NCBI GenBank assembly: GCA_013178005.1
Contig: JABLXL010000045.1
Location: 4,438-68,437 of the forward strand
Length of the DNA stretch: 64,000 nt
Direction: 5' to 3'
Origin: Actinomycetota bacterium
Lineage (GTDB): Bacteria; Actinomycetota; Geothermincolia; Geothermincolales; RBG-13-55-18
Positions 11,078-20,985 of the stretch are shown here, in pieces. The position numbers and the translations under genes are program-made. The stretch's first letter is position 1. Every line of letters begins with the position of its first letter. The notes under the pieces were generated by a model. The model did no database searches. It was given only the letters and a program-made list of their open reading frames with translations, and was not told the DNA's origin.

Positions 11078-11307
11078 GGCGTCAACTCCCGCAACCGGAA
11101 AGGGGCGGCCGGACCTCGCGCCAGGGCACCGGCCCCGTGGCCGGTTCTAGCCTCGCCCCTCCTCGGGCTCACCGGCAACGGGGCCTCGCAGTGAACCCCC
11201 AGGGGCCCTGCCGTGTCTTAAAATGAATTGACGCCGCTTTTGGAGATGTGGTTCCGAGGGAGCAAGGGAAAGCGGTGCGGGCGGAGAAGTCTTGTGGGAT
11301 GGAGGTG

Positions 11308-11871
11308 ATGTCCTTGGAGAAACATTTCGAGAACGAGGAAAGAGAGGAAACAGCCGGCGTAGAGGGAGCGGAAGAAGCTCCCAGGCGCGCGCCACGCCCG
11401 CCGTCCCCCGGCGCGACCAAGGCGCGCCGCAAGGTGAGCCTGGTGGCGGCCATCGTGGTGAACGTGATCACCCTGATCACCCTGGCCATTATCCTCCTCG
11501 CCGTGCTCCTTCCCGGATACCGCAGGTCTTTCACGGTGGCGAGGGCGGTCGAGGGGGCGGAGGAGGTCTTCATAGTGGTGCGCACCAGCGAAGCCATGAT
11601 GAGGGAGAAGAACACCGATTTCCTTCGCGCCCAGGACGGGTTAAGGAACGTGCTGCAGGAGGAGGTGGGGAAGGGCGATACCGTGTGGGCTTACGTGCGC
11701 GACAATTTCCCCGACCAGTCCTGGGTGGAGGAGAACCTGCCCGAGGGCATGCTGAAGTGGCTGAGGGAGCTTTACCCCAAGCCCGAGGCGGCGGAGAACG
11801 CAGGTAAAGCGACTGAGAACGGCGCCGCGAATAATAAGGAGGAAGAAACCACAGCGAAGGAAAACCCTTGA
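11308..11871 (+). CDS. Hypothetical single-pass membrane protein
   Basis: GGAGGTG RBS, acidic N-terminus, hydrophobic segment VSLVAAIVVNVITLITLAIILLAVLL, stop adjacent to the mscS start. Confidence 0.7.
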   Translation: MSLEKHFENEEREETAGVEGAEEAPRRAPRPPSPGATKARRKVSLVAAIVVNVITLITLAIILLAVLLPGYRRSFTVARAVEGAEEVFIVVRTSEAMMREKNTDFLRAQDGLRNVLQEEVGKGDTVWAYVRDNFPDQSWVEENLPEGMLKWLRELYPKPEAAENAGKATENGAANNKEEETTAKENP

Positions 11872-11872
11872 G

Positions 11873-12706
11873 ATGATAACCGCGAACCTGCTCCTCGACG
11901 CCCTGCGCGACCTCTGGGAGGGCTTCATCACCAGGCTCCCCTCCCTGCTCACGGGACTCGTCGTGTTCATCGCCTTCTATTTCCTTGCGCGAGGGGTCCG
12001 TTTCGTGATCGCCCGCTCCCTGAAGCGCGTGAAGGCATCGGAGCACGCGGCGAGACTGGTATCCCGGCTGGGGTTCATCGCGACCATGGTCGTGGGCGGA
12101 CTGGTGGGGTTGGGGGTGATGGGCGTGAACGCAGGCGCCCTGGTGGCTTCGCTTGGATTGGTGAGCGTGGGCATCGGCTTCGCCCTCAAGGACGTGGTGG
12201 AGAACTTCCTAGCTGGCATCATCCTCATCCTGCAGAGGCCCTTCGTGGTCGGGGACGTGGTACGCTTCGGCGATGTGGAAGGCACCGTCGAGGATGTCAG
12301 GGTCAGGGACACCGTTATCCGCACCTACGATGGACGCCAGGTGTTCGTCCCCAACGCGAACATCTTCCGCACCGCCTTGATCAACAACAACCGCAACCGC
12401 AGGAGGCGGCTTGATTTCGGGGTGAGCATAGCCTACCCGGAGGATATAGCCGCCGCGCTGTCCACGGCCGCCGCCGCCCTGGCCGGAGTGGAGGGAATCC
12501 TCGCCGATCCCGCGCCGCTGGTGGTGGTGGAGTCGCTGGCCGAGAGCTCCGTTTCCCTCCGGGCTTATTTCTGGGTGGACCCGGAGTGCGTGAGCATCCT
12601 GGAGGTGAAGTCCCAGGCGATCGCCGCCGCCAAGCGCGCCCTGGAGGAGGCCGGGATCGAGATACCCTACCCGGTTCTTACCGTAAGGAGCGGCAAGCCC
12701 TCGTGA
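11873..12706 (+). CDS. mscS: Small-conductance mechanosensitive channel (MscS family)
   Basis: Three TM segments, GIGFALKDVVENFLAG, RPFVVGD, EGTVEDVRVRDT, DGRQVFVPN. Confidence 0.92.
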   Translation: MITANLLLDALRDLWEGFITRLPSLLTGLVVFIAFYFLARGVRFVIARSLKRVKASEHAARLVSRLGFIATMVVGGLVGLGVMGVNAGALVASLGLVSVGIGFALKDVVENFLAGIILILQRPFVVGDVVRFGDVEGTVEDVRVRDTVIRTYDGRQVFVPNANIFRTALINNNRNRRRRLDFGVSIAYPEDIAAALSTAAAALAGVEGILADPAPLVVVESLAESSVSLRAYFWVDPECVSILEVKSQAIAAAKRALEEAGIEIPYPVLTVRSGKPS

Positions 12707-12749
12707 AGGCCGACCACGGCCGGCTTATTGTGCCCTTCATCAGCGCGAT

Positions 12750-13769
12750 TTAGCAGAGGGCGATGTCCAGACGTCGCGCCAGCTCCACGGCCGCGAGCCT
12801 CTCCTCCCCCGTAAGCCTGCGATCCAGCTCGGGATATAAGGCGGCGCGATACTCCGGGCGGTACTGGAACATGAGGTTGAAATAGACACCGGGGATGTTC
12901 TCGGCCACCCATGCCATAATCATTGCCGTGCAGCAATCCAGGTGATCGGGGATCAGGAGCTGCCGGAGCATGACTTCCCCCTGGCGGTGGGCGGTTCGAA
13001 AGTTGCGGCTCACCACCTTGAAATAATCCTCGACGTCGGACAAGCGCTTCGCGCAGGCGTCGTTTCCGTAACGGAAATCACCAAGGTAGACGTCCATGAC
13101 CCCTTCGAGGAGACGCATGGCCTCCAGGGAGGTGTACATGTTCGAGTTCCAGACCATGGGCAGGTGCCTGCCGTCGTCCCCCAGCAGGATTATGGTGTCC
13201 AGGATGGTATGGAGATTGGGGTCGGGGTTGCCTCCCACGAAGTTGGCGTTGCGCGACCCCTGGCGGAGGCCTTCGCGCAGGCCTCGGGCGAGGAGATCGG
13301 GGTCGGCAGGGCTTCCGGAGCGCGCGTCCATGGCAATGTCCCAGTTCTGGCAATATACGCAGTGAAAGGTGCAGCCGGAGAAGAAGACGGTGTGCGAGGG
13401 GACGAGCTCGGGCTCCTCCCCGAAATGGAGGAACATGGAGGCGACACGCGACTCGTCTCCAACCCCGCAATAGCCGCGCTCGCCCGCGGTGCGGTCCACC
13501 CCGCAACGCCGCTCGCACATGTGGCACGAGGAGAGCATGCGGCGGGCAAGGGCGGCCTTGAGGTCCAGGAGGGTGGGGCCGTCGACCGGGCCGGGCTCTT
13601 CGCCCCCCGAGAGCAGGCGGCGGAAGGTCTCCATGGCGGAATGGTGGCACGACCACAGTTCTTCCTCTGGCATGCCCTCGATGTCACCCGGGCCCGCCGC
13701 CACTCGTGAGGCCAGCCAGTGGCGCGCCGGCCGCCTACCCTCCAGGATGGAGAAATAGTATTCCAGCAT
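12750..13769 (-). CDS. Radical SAM protein, PflX/PFL-activating-enzyme-like
   Basis: CHMCERRCGVDR, FFSGCTFHCVYCQNWDI (CxxxCxxC), NFVGGNP, WNSNMY. Confidence 0.85.
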   Translation of the reverse strand: MLEYYFSILEGRRPARHWLASRVAAGPGDIEGMPEEELWSCHHSAMETFRRLLSGGEEPGPVDGPTLLDLKAALARRMLSSCHMCERRCGVDRTAGERGYCGVGDESRVASMFLHFGEEPELVPSHTVFFSGCTFHCVYCQNWDIAMDARSGSPADPDLLARGLREGLRQGSRNANFVGGNPDPNLHTILDTIILLGDDGRHLPMVWNSNMYTSLEAMRLLEGVMDVYLGDFRYGNDACAKRLSDVEDYFKVVSRNFRTAHRQGEVMLRQLLIPDHLDCCTAMIMAWVAENIPGVYFNLMFQYRPEYRAALYPELDRRLTGEERLAAVELARRLDIALC

Positions 13770-13995
13770 GTGGGATCACCAGGTAAACAGTACGACAGTC
13801 GGCATGAAACGGCAACGTGACCCGGCGAGGCAGGCCCGGGATGGCGCGGTTTCGTTTACCGGGCGGTCGCGTTTGCGTCGCGAGGACGCCTTGCCCGATA
13901 ATTGATTTGCTCCCCCTCCAGTAAGAGCACAAGGGACGCGCGCAGACCAGAAGGCGGAGGCGGCTTCCTCCAGTCCTTGGAGGGAGCCACGGAAG

Positions 13996-14221
13996 TTTCC
14001 TGAAAGGGCCCGCGATCAAGGAGCCGGGAGACGGACGGGATGATGGCTTGGGTGATGGTCCTGGGGTTGATGTCCCTGGTCAACGTGACCATGGTTGGGG
14101 CCACGGCCTTTCCTGAAAGGGCCCGCGATCAAGGAGCCGGGAGACGGACGGGATGATGGCTTGGGTGATGGTCCTGGGGTTGATGTCCCTGGTCAACGTG
14201 ACCATGGTTGGGGCCACGGCC
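13996..14221 (+). repeat. Perfect 113-bp tandem duplication (13996-14108, 14109-14221)
   Basis: Two identical copies of TTTCCTGAAAGG...GGGGCCACGGCC, covering the RBS and first 23 codons of the 14153 gene. Confidence 0.95.
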
Positions 14222-14596
14222 TCCCTCGCCGGCAGTATACCAGACAGCTCTTTCCTGGTGATCCTCTCGCGTTACCTGAAGAAAAAGGCAGAACCATCAC
14301 TCGCCCTCCTTTACCCGGTGGAGGCGGCGTCGAGGCTGGAGCGCCTGCGCAGGGCGATTTCTTTGGCCTCGGGAGGGCTCGCTGCGGCCGCGGCGGCGGC
14401 GTCGATCTGGGCGTTTGCCCAGGGGTGGGGTCTGGTGGGGGCCGCGGCGGTGACCCTGTGGGTGCTGGCGGCCAACCTGGCCTTCCTCGCCGTGCCGGTC
14501 GGGATCTGGAGGAGGAGGGTCGCCAGGATGCCGGACGGGGTGCTTGATGAGGCCGCGCGTAAGTTGTATCCCCACGCGGAAAACGACCAACGATGA
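14153..14596 (+). CDS. Hypothetical membrane protein
   Basis: AGGAG upstream; three hydrophobic segments; no recognised motif. Confidence 0.6.
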   Translation: MMAWVMVLGLMSLVNVTMVGATASLAGSIPDSSFLVILSRYLKKKAEPSLALLYPVEAASRLERLRRAISLASGGLAAAAAAASIWAFAQGWGLVGAAAVTLWVLAANLAFLAVPVGIWRRRVARMPDGVLDEAARKLYPHAENDQR

Positions 14597-14856
14597 ACAA
14601 GGGCGGCCACAGGGCTTTGCGCTCAGGCGCCGTCGTCCCAATAGCTTCCCAAAAGAAAGCCCAGGATCCCGAACAAGCGCTTGCGGTTCAGGGTGGCCTC
14701 TCCGGCAAGCCGGAAAACGTAAAGCCATCCCACCATGCGTGAGGCCGCGAAGGCCATGATGGGGCGGAGGGCGAGGACGGGAAGCTCGAAGCAGGTTATA
14801 ACGCTTGCGAGAGGGAGGCAAGCGGGCATGGGCCAACCGGGTGGGTTATTATCTAG

Positions 14857-15651
14857 GTGCGGACCCTAGCGAGGACGGAGAGAGAAGGAAAGGCGGAGCG
14901 AAGGTTGTTGGAGGGAGAGTACCTGGAAGCCCAGAGGCTCTCGCTGCGCATAGCCTCGGAGCTGGGTCCACCCATTTTCTACGCGGAGAAACGCGAGGAG
15001 GTGGAAAGGTCCCGTAGGGGCTTCGAGGAGGACCCCATGGTCGGACATGCCCTCTCCATCGTGGAGGAAAGGGGCGAACTGATGGGGCACGGGCTTTCCC
15101 ACGTGCGCAAGGTCGCCGTCGACGCTGGGGCGCTGGTGCTTGTGGACATGGACAGGAAGGCGGGGGAAGAAGCGAGGAACAGGGTCGTGCGACTCGCCCA
15201 CCTGGCGGGGGTTCTGCACGACATCAAGAGGGAGCAGCCCGAGCACGCCCTGCGGGGAGCGGAGGAGGCGGAAAGGATCCTGGGCGGGTTCGACCTCTCG
15301 GCGGGAGAACGACTCGCCATCGTGCAGGCCATCCGCAACCACGAGGCCTTCAAGCCCGCGACGCCGCTGGAGGACGCCTCCCTGCAGATCCTGTCTGACG
15401 CCCTGTACGACGCGGACAAGTTCAGGTGGGGCCCGGACAATTTCACCGAGACGGTATGGATGATGGTGGCGCCCCACGGAATACCGTTGGCCCTGCTCCT
15501 GGACAACTTCAGGACCAGCATGCGGGGGATCGCCAGGATAAGCGAGACCTTCCGCACTCCCACGGGACGCCTTTACGGCCCGGATTTCATCGACCGGGGC
15601 CTGCGCATCGGGGAGAGGCTGTACGGAGAACTCACCGGAAGGCCGATATAA
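14857..15651 (+). CDS. HD-domain metal-dependent phosphohydrolase
   Basis: HGLSH, GVLHDI, HALRGA, NHE, DADK. Confidence 0.8.
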   Translation: MRTLARTEREGKAERRLLEGEYLEAQRLSLRIASELGPPIFYAEKREEVERSRRGFEEDPMVGHALSIVEERGELMGHGLSHVRKVAVDAGALVLVDMDRKAGEEARNRVVRLAHLAGVLHDIKREQPEHALRGAEEAERILGGFDLSAGERLAIVQAIRNHEAFKPATPLEDASLQILSDALYDADKFRWGPDNFTETVWMMVAPHGIPLALLLDNFRTSMRGIARISETFRTPTGRLYGPDFIDRGLRIGERLYGELTGRPI

Positions 15652-15724
15652 ACGTATGTGGTGATGCGGAAACGATGCCGCCCGGCGCGACCACGCGGTG
15701 CGCGGGGCGGGGGAAGGACATGAG

Positions 15725-16639
15725 ATGTTCACGGCGGTGGAGGAAGTAAGGACGAAGCTGGCGGAGCAGAAGTACATCTGCAGCAAGGAGATCGCCACCG
15801 CGGTCTTTCTGGCGGAAAAGCTGGGGAAGCCCATCTTGGTGGAGGGCCCGGCCGGCGTGGGCAAGACCGATCTCGGCAAGGTCACCGCCGCGGCCCTGGG
15901 TCGCGAGTTCATCCGCCTGCAGTGTTACGAGGGGCTGGACGAGGCGAAATCCCTTTACGAGTGGGAATACTCCAAGCAACTCCTCTATACCCAGATCCTC
16001 AAGGACGTGCTGGCGGAGGAGCTGGCGGGGGCCAGGAGCCTCGCGGAGGCGGTGGAGCGCGTGGCGCGCCAGGACGAGGTCTTCTTCTCCCGCAAGTTCA
16101 TCGTGGCCAGGCCCCTGTTGCGGGCCATCACCTCCGAGAAGCCGGCGCTCCTGCTCATCGACGAGGTGGACAAGTCGGACCCGGAGTTCGAGGCCTTCCT
16201 GCTGGAGATACTGTCCGATTTCCAGGTGAGCGTCCCCGAGCTGGGAACCATCGCCGCAAGACATATCCCCATGGTCGTCCTCACCAGCAACAACGCGCGT
16301 GAGCTCAGCGACGCCCTCAAGCGCCGCTGCCTCCACCTGTATATAGACTTCCCCGACCGCGAGCAGGAGCTGGAGATCGTGCGCCTGAAAGTCCCGGGGA
16401 TAAGCGAGCGCCTTGCTTCACAGGTGGTGGAGGTGGTGCACCGCCTGCGCAAGCTGGACATCAGGAAAACCCCCGGCATCAGCGAGACCCTGGACTGGGC
16501 GCGCGCCCTGGTGGTGCTCAACGCTGATTCCCTGGAGCAGGACCTCATCCGGGACACCCTCAACATCGTCCTCAAGTACGAGAAGGACATCCAGAAGGCG
16601 AAGGAGAACCTGCGCCAGCTTGCGAGCGGGGCGGCGTGA
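15725..16639 (+). CDS. MoxR-like AAA+ ATPase, CoxD type
   Basis: EGPAGVGKT, RLQCYEGLDEAKSLYEWEYSKQLL, LLIDEVDK, LTSNNARELSDALKRRC. Confidence 0.9.
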   Translation: MFTAVEEVRTKLAEQKYICSKEIATAVFLAEKLGKPILVEGPAGVGKTDLGKVTAAALGREFIRLQCYEGLDEAKSLYEWEYSKQLLYTQILKDVLAEELAGARSLAEAVERVARQDEVFFSRKFIVARPLLRAITSEKPALLLIDEVDKSDPEFEAFLLEILSDFQVSVPELGTIAARHIPMVVLTSNNARELSDALKRRCLHLYIDFPDREQELEIVRLKVPGISERLASQVVEVVHRLRKLDIRKTPGISETLDWARALVVLNADSLEQDLIRDTLNIVLKYEKDIQKAKENLRQLASGAA

Positions 16640-16880
16640 GCGTACGCCGGTCGCGGACGGATTCCTTGTCGCGCCGGCGAGGGCTTCGCGGAGAAGGCCT
16701 CAGCCGCCCCTGCCCCGGCGGTCAGAGAGCAACGGAGTGATGGCGTCGGCATGAATGTTTTCGTGAAACCGCCACATACGCGCCCGGCTCGACGTCACGC
16801 GCGCCTGGAAGGGGCGGGCCTGGATGCGCGAGACCGCCCGCCCCGGCGCCGGCAGCATTGAAGCGACGACGGAGGCTGAA

Positions 16881-18260
16881 TTGGAGGTCAGGGTCATCGA
16901 GTTCGTGAACGCGTTGCGGGGGCGCGGGGTTTCCGTTTCCACCGCCGAAAGCATAGACGCCATGGGGGCGATGGCGGCCGTGGGGCTGGAAGACCCCGAG
17001 ACCTTCAAGGCGGCGCTGAAGGCGGCCACGATCAAGCGACAGCGGGACGTCCCCGTTTTCGACGAGCTTTTCCCCCTGTATTTCTACGGCCTGGGGAGCT
17101 CCGGAGACGCCGATATACTGGAGCAGGACCTGCAGGCGCGCCTGGAGGAAGCCATGCTCTCCTTCGGTCAAGGGCGCGACTTGAATCCCATGCTGGAGCT
17201 GGTGCTGATGGGAAGGGGGGGCGAGTGGGAATCCTTCATCCGCATGGCCGCGGGTGAGGTAGGGATGTCACAGCTCGCCACGCGTATGCAGGTGGGCATG
17301 TACACGCGCCGCATCTTCGAGGCCTTCGACTGGGAACAGATGGAAGAGCAGCTGGGGGAACTGCTGGAGCTGTTGCGTGGGGAGGGGTGGACGGAGGAGG
17401 AGCTGGCGCGGCTGGAGGAGGCCTTCCGCGCCAACCGCGATGCCCTCAGGAAACAGGTGCGGCGCTACGTGGAGAGGGAGCAGGCACGCAACGCCGAGCG
17501 CGTCCCCAGCGCGGAGCGCATGGAGCGGCTCATGGGGCGCCCCCTGGCGGGCTTGGACGAGTACGAACTGCAGCAGATGCGCAAGGCGGTTGACGTCCTG
17601 GCGCGCAAGCTCCGCAACCGCATCAACCTGCGCGAGAGGCGCATGAAACGGGGAAAGGTGGACATCAAGGCCACCCTAAGGCGCAACATGCAGCACGGCG
17701 GGGTTCCCTTCGAGCTGCGCCTCAAGCGCAAGCGCATGGAGAAGGCGGAGCTCATGGTGCTCTGCGACATCTCCTCCTCGGTGGCCAGGGTGAGCCAGTT
17801 CATGCTGCAATTCGTGTACACCATCCAGGACTGCCTGGCCAAGGTGCGCAGTTTCGTCTTCGTGGACGACCTGGGAGAGGTGACGGATTTCTTCCGCGAT
17901 GAGGACATCCTGAAAGGGGTGCGCCGAGCCCTTACCGAGGCGGGCATCGCCTACAACGCCCGCAGCGACTTCGGCGAAGTGTTCCGGCTCTTCTGCGAGC
18001 GCCACCTGCAGGACGTGGGCTACCGCACCTACATACTGGTTATCGGGGACGCCCGCAACAACTATAACGACCCCGGCCTCCGCTACCTGGAAAGCATAAG
18101 GGACCGGGCCAAGGGGATCATCTGGCTCAATCCCGAGACGCGCCCCTTCTGGGACACGGGGGACAGCGTGATGGGCGAGTACCTCCCGTACTGCAAGGAG
18201 GCCCGGGTGTGCCGCACCCTGAAAGACCTCGAGGACGCCATCGGCTCTCTTCTGCTCTGA
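16881..18260 (+). CDS. VWA-domain CoxE-like protein
   Basis: FVNALRGRGVSVS, LCDISSS (MIDAS), VRSFVF, IGDARNN, WLNPE...WDTGDS; follows the CoxD-like ATPase; TTG start after GGAGG. Confidence 0.88.
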   Translation: MEVRVIEFVNALRGRGVSVSTAESIDAMGAMAAVGLEDPETFKAALKAATIKRQRDVPVFDELFPLYFYGLGSSGDADILEQDLQARLEEAMLSFGQGRDLNPMLELVLMGRGGEWESFIRMAAGEVGMSQLATRMQVGMYTRRIFEAFDWEQMEEQLGELLELLRGEGWTEEELARLEEAFRANRDALRKQVRRYVEREQARNAERVPSAERMERLMGRPLAGLDEYELQQMRKAVDVLARKLRNRINLRERRMKRGKVDIKATLRRNMQHGGVPFELRLKRKRMEKAELMVLCDISSSVARVSQFMLQFVYTIQDCLAKVRSFVFVDDLGEVTDFFRDEDILKGVRRALTEAGIAYNARSDFGEVFRLFCERHLQDVGYRTYILVIGDARNNYNDPGLRYLESIRDRAKGIIWLNPETRPFWDTGDSVMGEYLPYCKEARVCRTLKDLEDAIGSLLL

Positions 18261-18715
18261 GCGCGAAAGGGCGGAAAGAGAAGCTGGATCCTTGTCTCTG
18301 CCAATAATTACCATAACATGGGCAAGCTGCCTCGAGGTCGCTCTTTCTTGTCGAGCCCTGGAAATAACCACGGAGAGTCATGCAAACATGGCGAGCGGTT
18401 CACGGTAACGCAGATGGGCCATGGGTGGAGAAAGCAAGAATGCTGGCGACGCGAGTTGTCGCGGAAGAAGCTCGGTTACCGTTCCGCTGGCCGGGACGCG
18501 GTTGCGACAGCGCTTCCGCCCGCCTGCGCCTAGCCTTGGAATCCGCGCTATAATCGGGGAGTCGGCGCCATGACGGTGTTGGCAACGCCCGGTGGCGGGG
18601 GATCGCCCCACGCGGGGGCGGGGAGAGGCGATCTGAACACGGCACGGCGTCCAGCGGCGATCGGTGGGGGACCGAGGCCGCATGTCGCGTGACACGTGGG
18701 GAGATGGAGGTGGAG

Positions 18716-19660
18716 ATGGCCGAGAAAGCGGTCGACGTCGTGGTGGCGGGAGGGGGCCCGGCGGGCCTTACGGCGGGGCTTTACCTGGCGCGAGCCCGCA
18801 TGGACGTGTTGCTGGTGGAGAAACAGGCGCCGGGCGGGGCGCCCGCGCTCACCGAGAAGATAGAGAATTACCCCGGCTTCCCCGAGGGAATATCCGGCTT
18901 CGAGCTCGTCGACCGCATGCGGCGCCAAGCGGAAGGGTTCGGGCTGCGCATCAGCTCCTTCAACCCCCTGGAGGGGCTGGAAGACGGCGGCGATCTGAAG
19001 AAGGTGCGTACCGCCGAGGCGGAGATCGCGGCACGGGCGGTGGTGCTGGCCATGGGTATGCGGCCGGCCAAGCTGGGGGTGCCGGGCGAGGAGGAGTTCC
19101 ACGGCCGGGGAGTCTCCTACTGCGCCACCTGCGACGCCGCCTTTTTCAAGGACGGGGTGGTGGCGGTGGTAGGAGGAGGCAACTCGGCGGTGGAGGAGGC
19201 TCTGTTCCTGTCCCGCTTCGCCCGCAAGGTGATCATCGTGCACCGGCGCGACCGCCTGCGCGCCGGGGGAGTGCTGGAGGAGCGCGCTCTCTCCAATCCG
19301 AAGATGGACTTCGCATGGAAGAAGACGGTCAAGGAGATCAGGGGAGAGGATCGCGTCACGGGCTTGGTGCTGGCGGACGTGGAAGGGGGTCCGGACGTGG
19401 AGATAGAGGTCGACGGCGTGTTCCTCTACGTGGGCAACATCCCCAACACCGAGGAAGTGAGGGGAACGGTGGAGCTGGACGAGAGGGGCTTCATAAAGAC
19501 CGACGCAGACCTGCGCACCAGCGTGCCGGGCGTCTTCGCCGCGGGCGACGTGCGCTCCGGCGCCGTCTGGCAGGTGGCGGCGGCGGTGGGGGACGGCGTG
19601 CGGGCGGCGCTGCGCGCGCAGTTCCACGTGGAGAACCAGAAGGGAACGGCCTATATATAG
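18716..19660 (+). CDS. trxB: Thioredoxin-disulfide reductase
   Basis: GGGPAGLTAG, ENYPGF, GVSYCATCD, GGGNSAVEEA, GVFAAGDV. Confidence 0.96.
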   Translation: MAEKAVDVVVAGGGPAGLTAGLYLARARMDVLLVEKQAPGGAPALTEKIENYPGFPEGISGFELVDRMRRQAEGFGLRISSFNPLEGLEDGGDLKKVRTAEAEIAARAVVLAMGMRPAKLGVPGEEEFHGRGVSYCATCDAAFFKDGVVAVVGGGNSAVEEALFLSRFARKVIIVHRRDRLRAGGVLEERALSNPKMDFAWKKTVKEIRGEDRVTGLVLADVEGGPDVEIEVDGVFLYVGNIPNTEEVRGTVELDERGFIKTDADLRTSVPGVFAAGDVRSGAVWQVAAAVGDGVRAALRAQFHVENQKGTAYI

Positions 19661-19813
19661 CCGCTCCGGCGGGCCCGTCGGCAGGGCGAGGGCGGGCGTC
19701 GGAGCGATGCTTCTCGTATGATCCAGCTCGGCCCCCAGCCGGGCCCATCGTGTAAAATGGGAGCATGGCGGCGGCGGGCGGGATAAAGACATCAGGAACA
19801 GGAGGTGAGAGCG

Positions 19814-20140
19814 GTGGCCGGCAAAGTGGTCGAGCTGAACGACGGCAACTTCGAGCAGGAGGTCATAAAGAGCGACCTTCCCACCCTGGTGGATTTCTGG
19901 GCGCCATGGTGCGGACCCTGCCAGATGATGGGTCCAGTTATCGAGGAAGCTGCGGCGGAATGGGAAGGCAAGGTCAAGGTCTGCAAGCTGAACGTGGACG
20001 AGTCCATGGAGGTGGCGCGGAAGTACCAGATACAGTCCATCCCCACCATCATACTCTTCGACAAGGGTGAGCCCGCGAAGAAGATCGTCGGCGCCAGGCC
20101 CAAGAAGGCCTTCGAGGAGGAATTCCAGGCCTGGCTCTGA
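19814..20140 (+). CDS. trxA: Thioredoxin
   Basis: VDFWAPWCGPC, KLNVDE, IQSIPT. Confidence 0.97.
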   Translation: MAGKVVELNDGNFEQEVIKSDLPTLVDFWAPWCGPCQMMGPVIEEAAAEWEGKVKVCKLNVDESMEVARKYQIQSIPTIILFDKGEPAKKIVGARPKKAFEEEFQAWL

Positions 20141-20172
20141 GCCGCGCGGGCGGGAAAGAAGGAGACGCGCGC

Positions 20173-20604
20173 ATGAAGATAGCCGTGGTGGATGGCATGG
20201 GCGGCTCCATAGGGCACCAGATCATACTGGGCTTGAGGAAAAATCTCCCGGAGGAAACGGAGATCATCGCCCTGGGAGCGAACGCCATAGCTACGGGAAA
20301 TATGATGAAAGCAAGGGCTAACCGCGGCGCCACGGGCGAGAACGCGGTACGCGTATGCATCAACGAAGCGGACGTGATCATGGGAAGCCTTTCCATCATC
20401 ATGCCCAACGCCATGATGGGGGAACTAACCCCGGGGATGGCCACCGCCATCTCTTCGGCGCCGGGGCGCAAGATACTGCTTCCTCTCACCAACCCACGCA
20501 TAGAGGTCATGGGCACGAGCGAAACGCCCCTGCCCAAGCTAATCGAGGAGGCGGTGGAGATGGTAAGGGAGATGTGCGCGAAGGGAGGAGGCGGCGATGT
20601 GTGA
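20173..20604 (+). CDS. DUF3842 family protein
   Basis: IAVVDGMGGSIG, ALGANAIAT..MMKA.ANRGATGENA, GELTPGMATAI. Confidence 0.8.
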   Translation: MKIAVVDGMGGSIGHQIILGLRKNLPEETEIIALGANAIATGNMMKARANRGATGENAVRVCINEADVIMGSLSIIMPNAMMGELTPGMATAISSAPGRKILLPLTNPRIEVMGTSETPLPKLIEEAVEMVREMCAKGGGGDV

Positions 20605-20791
20605 GGCCGCGGTCTTCCTTGACCGGGAAGGCAAGCTGGAGAAGGTCATGGACGACGTGGTGGAGATGAGGCCCGAGGAAGGCAAGCTCCTGCTGGTGGA
20701 CGTCTTCGGGGAGCAGAAACTGGTCTCGGCCAGGATCAGCCGGGTCGACCTCATGGACCACCAGGTCATCCTGCGCGAGGTGGAGGCCTGA
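20597..20791 (+). CDS. cooT: CooT-family nickel-binding protein
   Basis: 64 aa starting MCEA, LVDVFGEQK, terminal DLMDHQVIL; overlaps the DUF3842 stop. Confidence 0.8.
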   Translation: MCEAAVFLDREGKLEKVMDDVVEMRPEEGKLLLVDVFGEQKLVSARISRVDLMDHQVILREVEA

Positions 20792-20985
20792 GCGGCCGGA
20801 CAGGGCGTCCGGCTGTATCGCAGGCGCGGGCACAGGCGGGTTAAACAGAGGGCACGGGGATAGCCGCACCCGGGCCGGCGTCCGTAAACGCGTTTAAGCG
20901 AGCACCTCATCTCGGCACCTCATCTCGGCACGAAGGCGCGCTAGAGAGCCGCATCCCGGCGCATCGGATGCAAGGCGAGAAAGAT

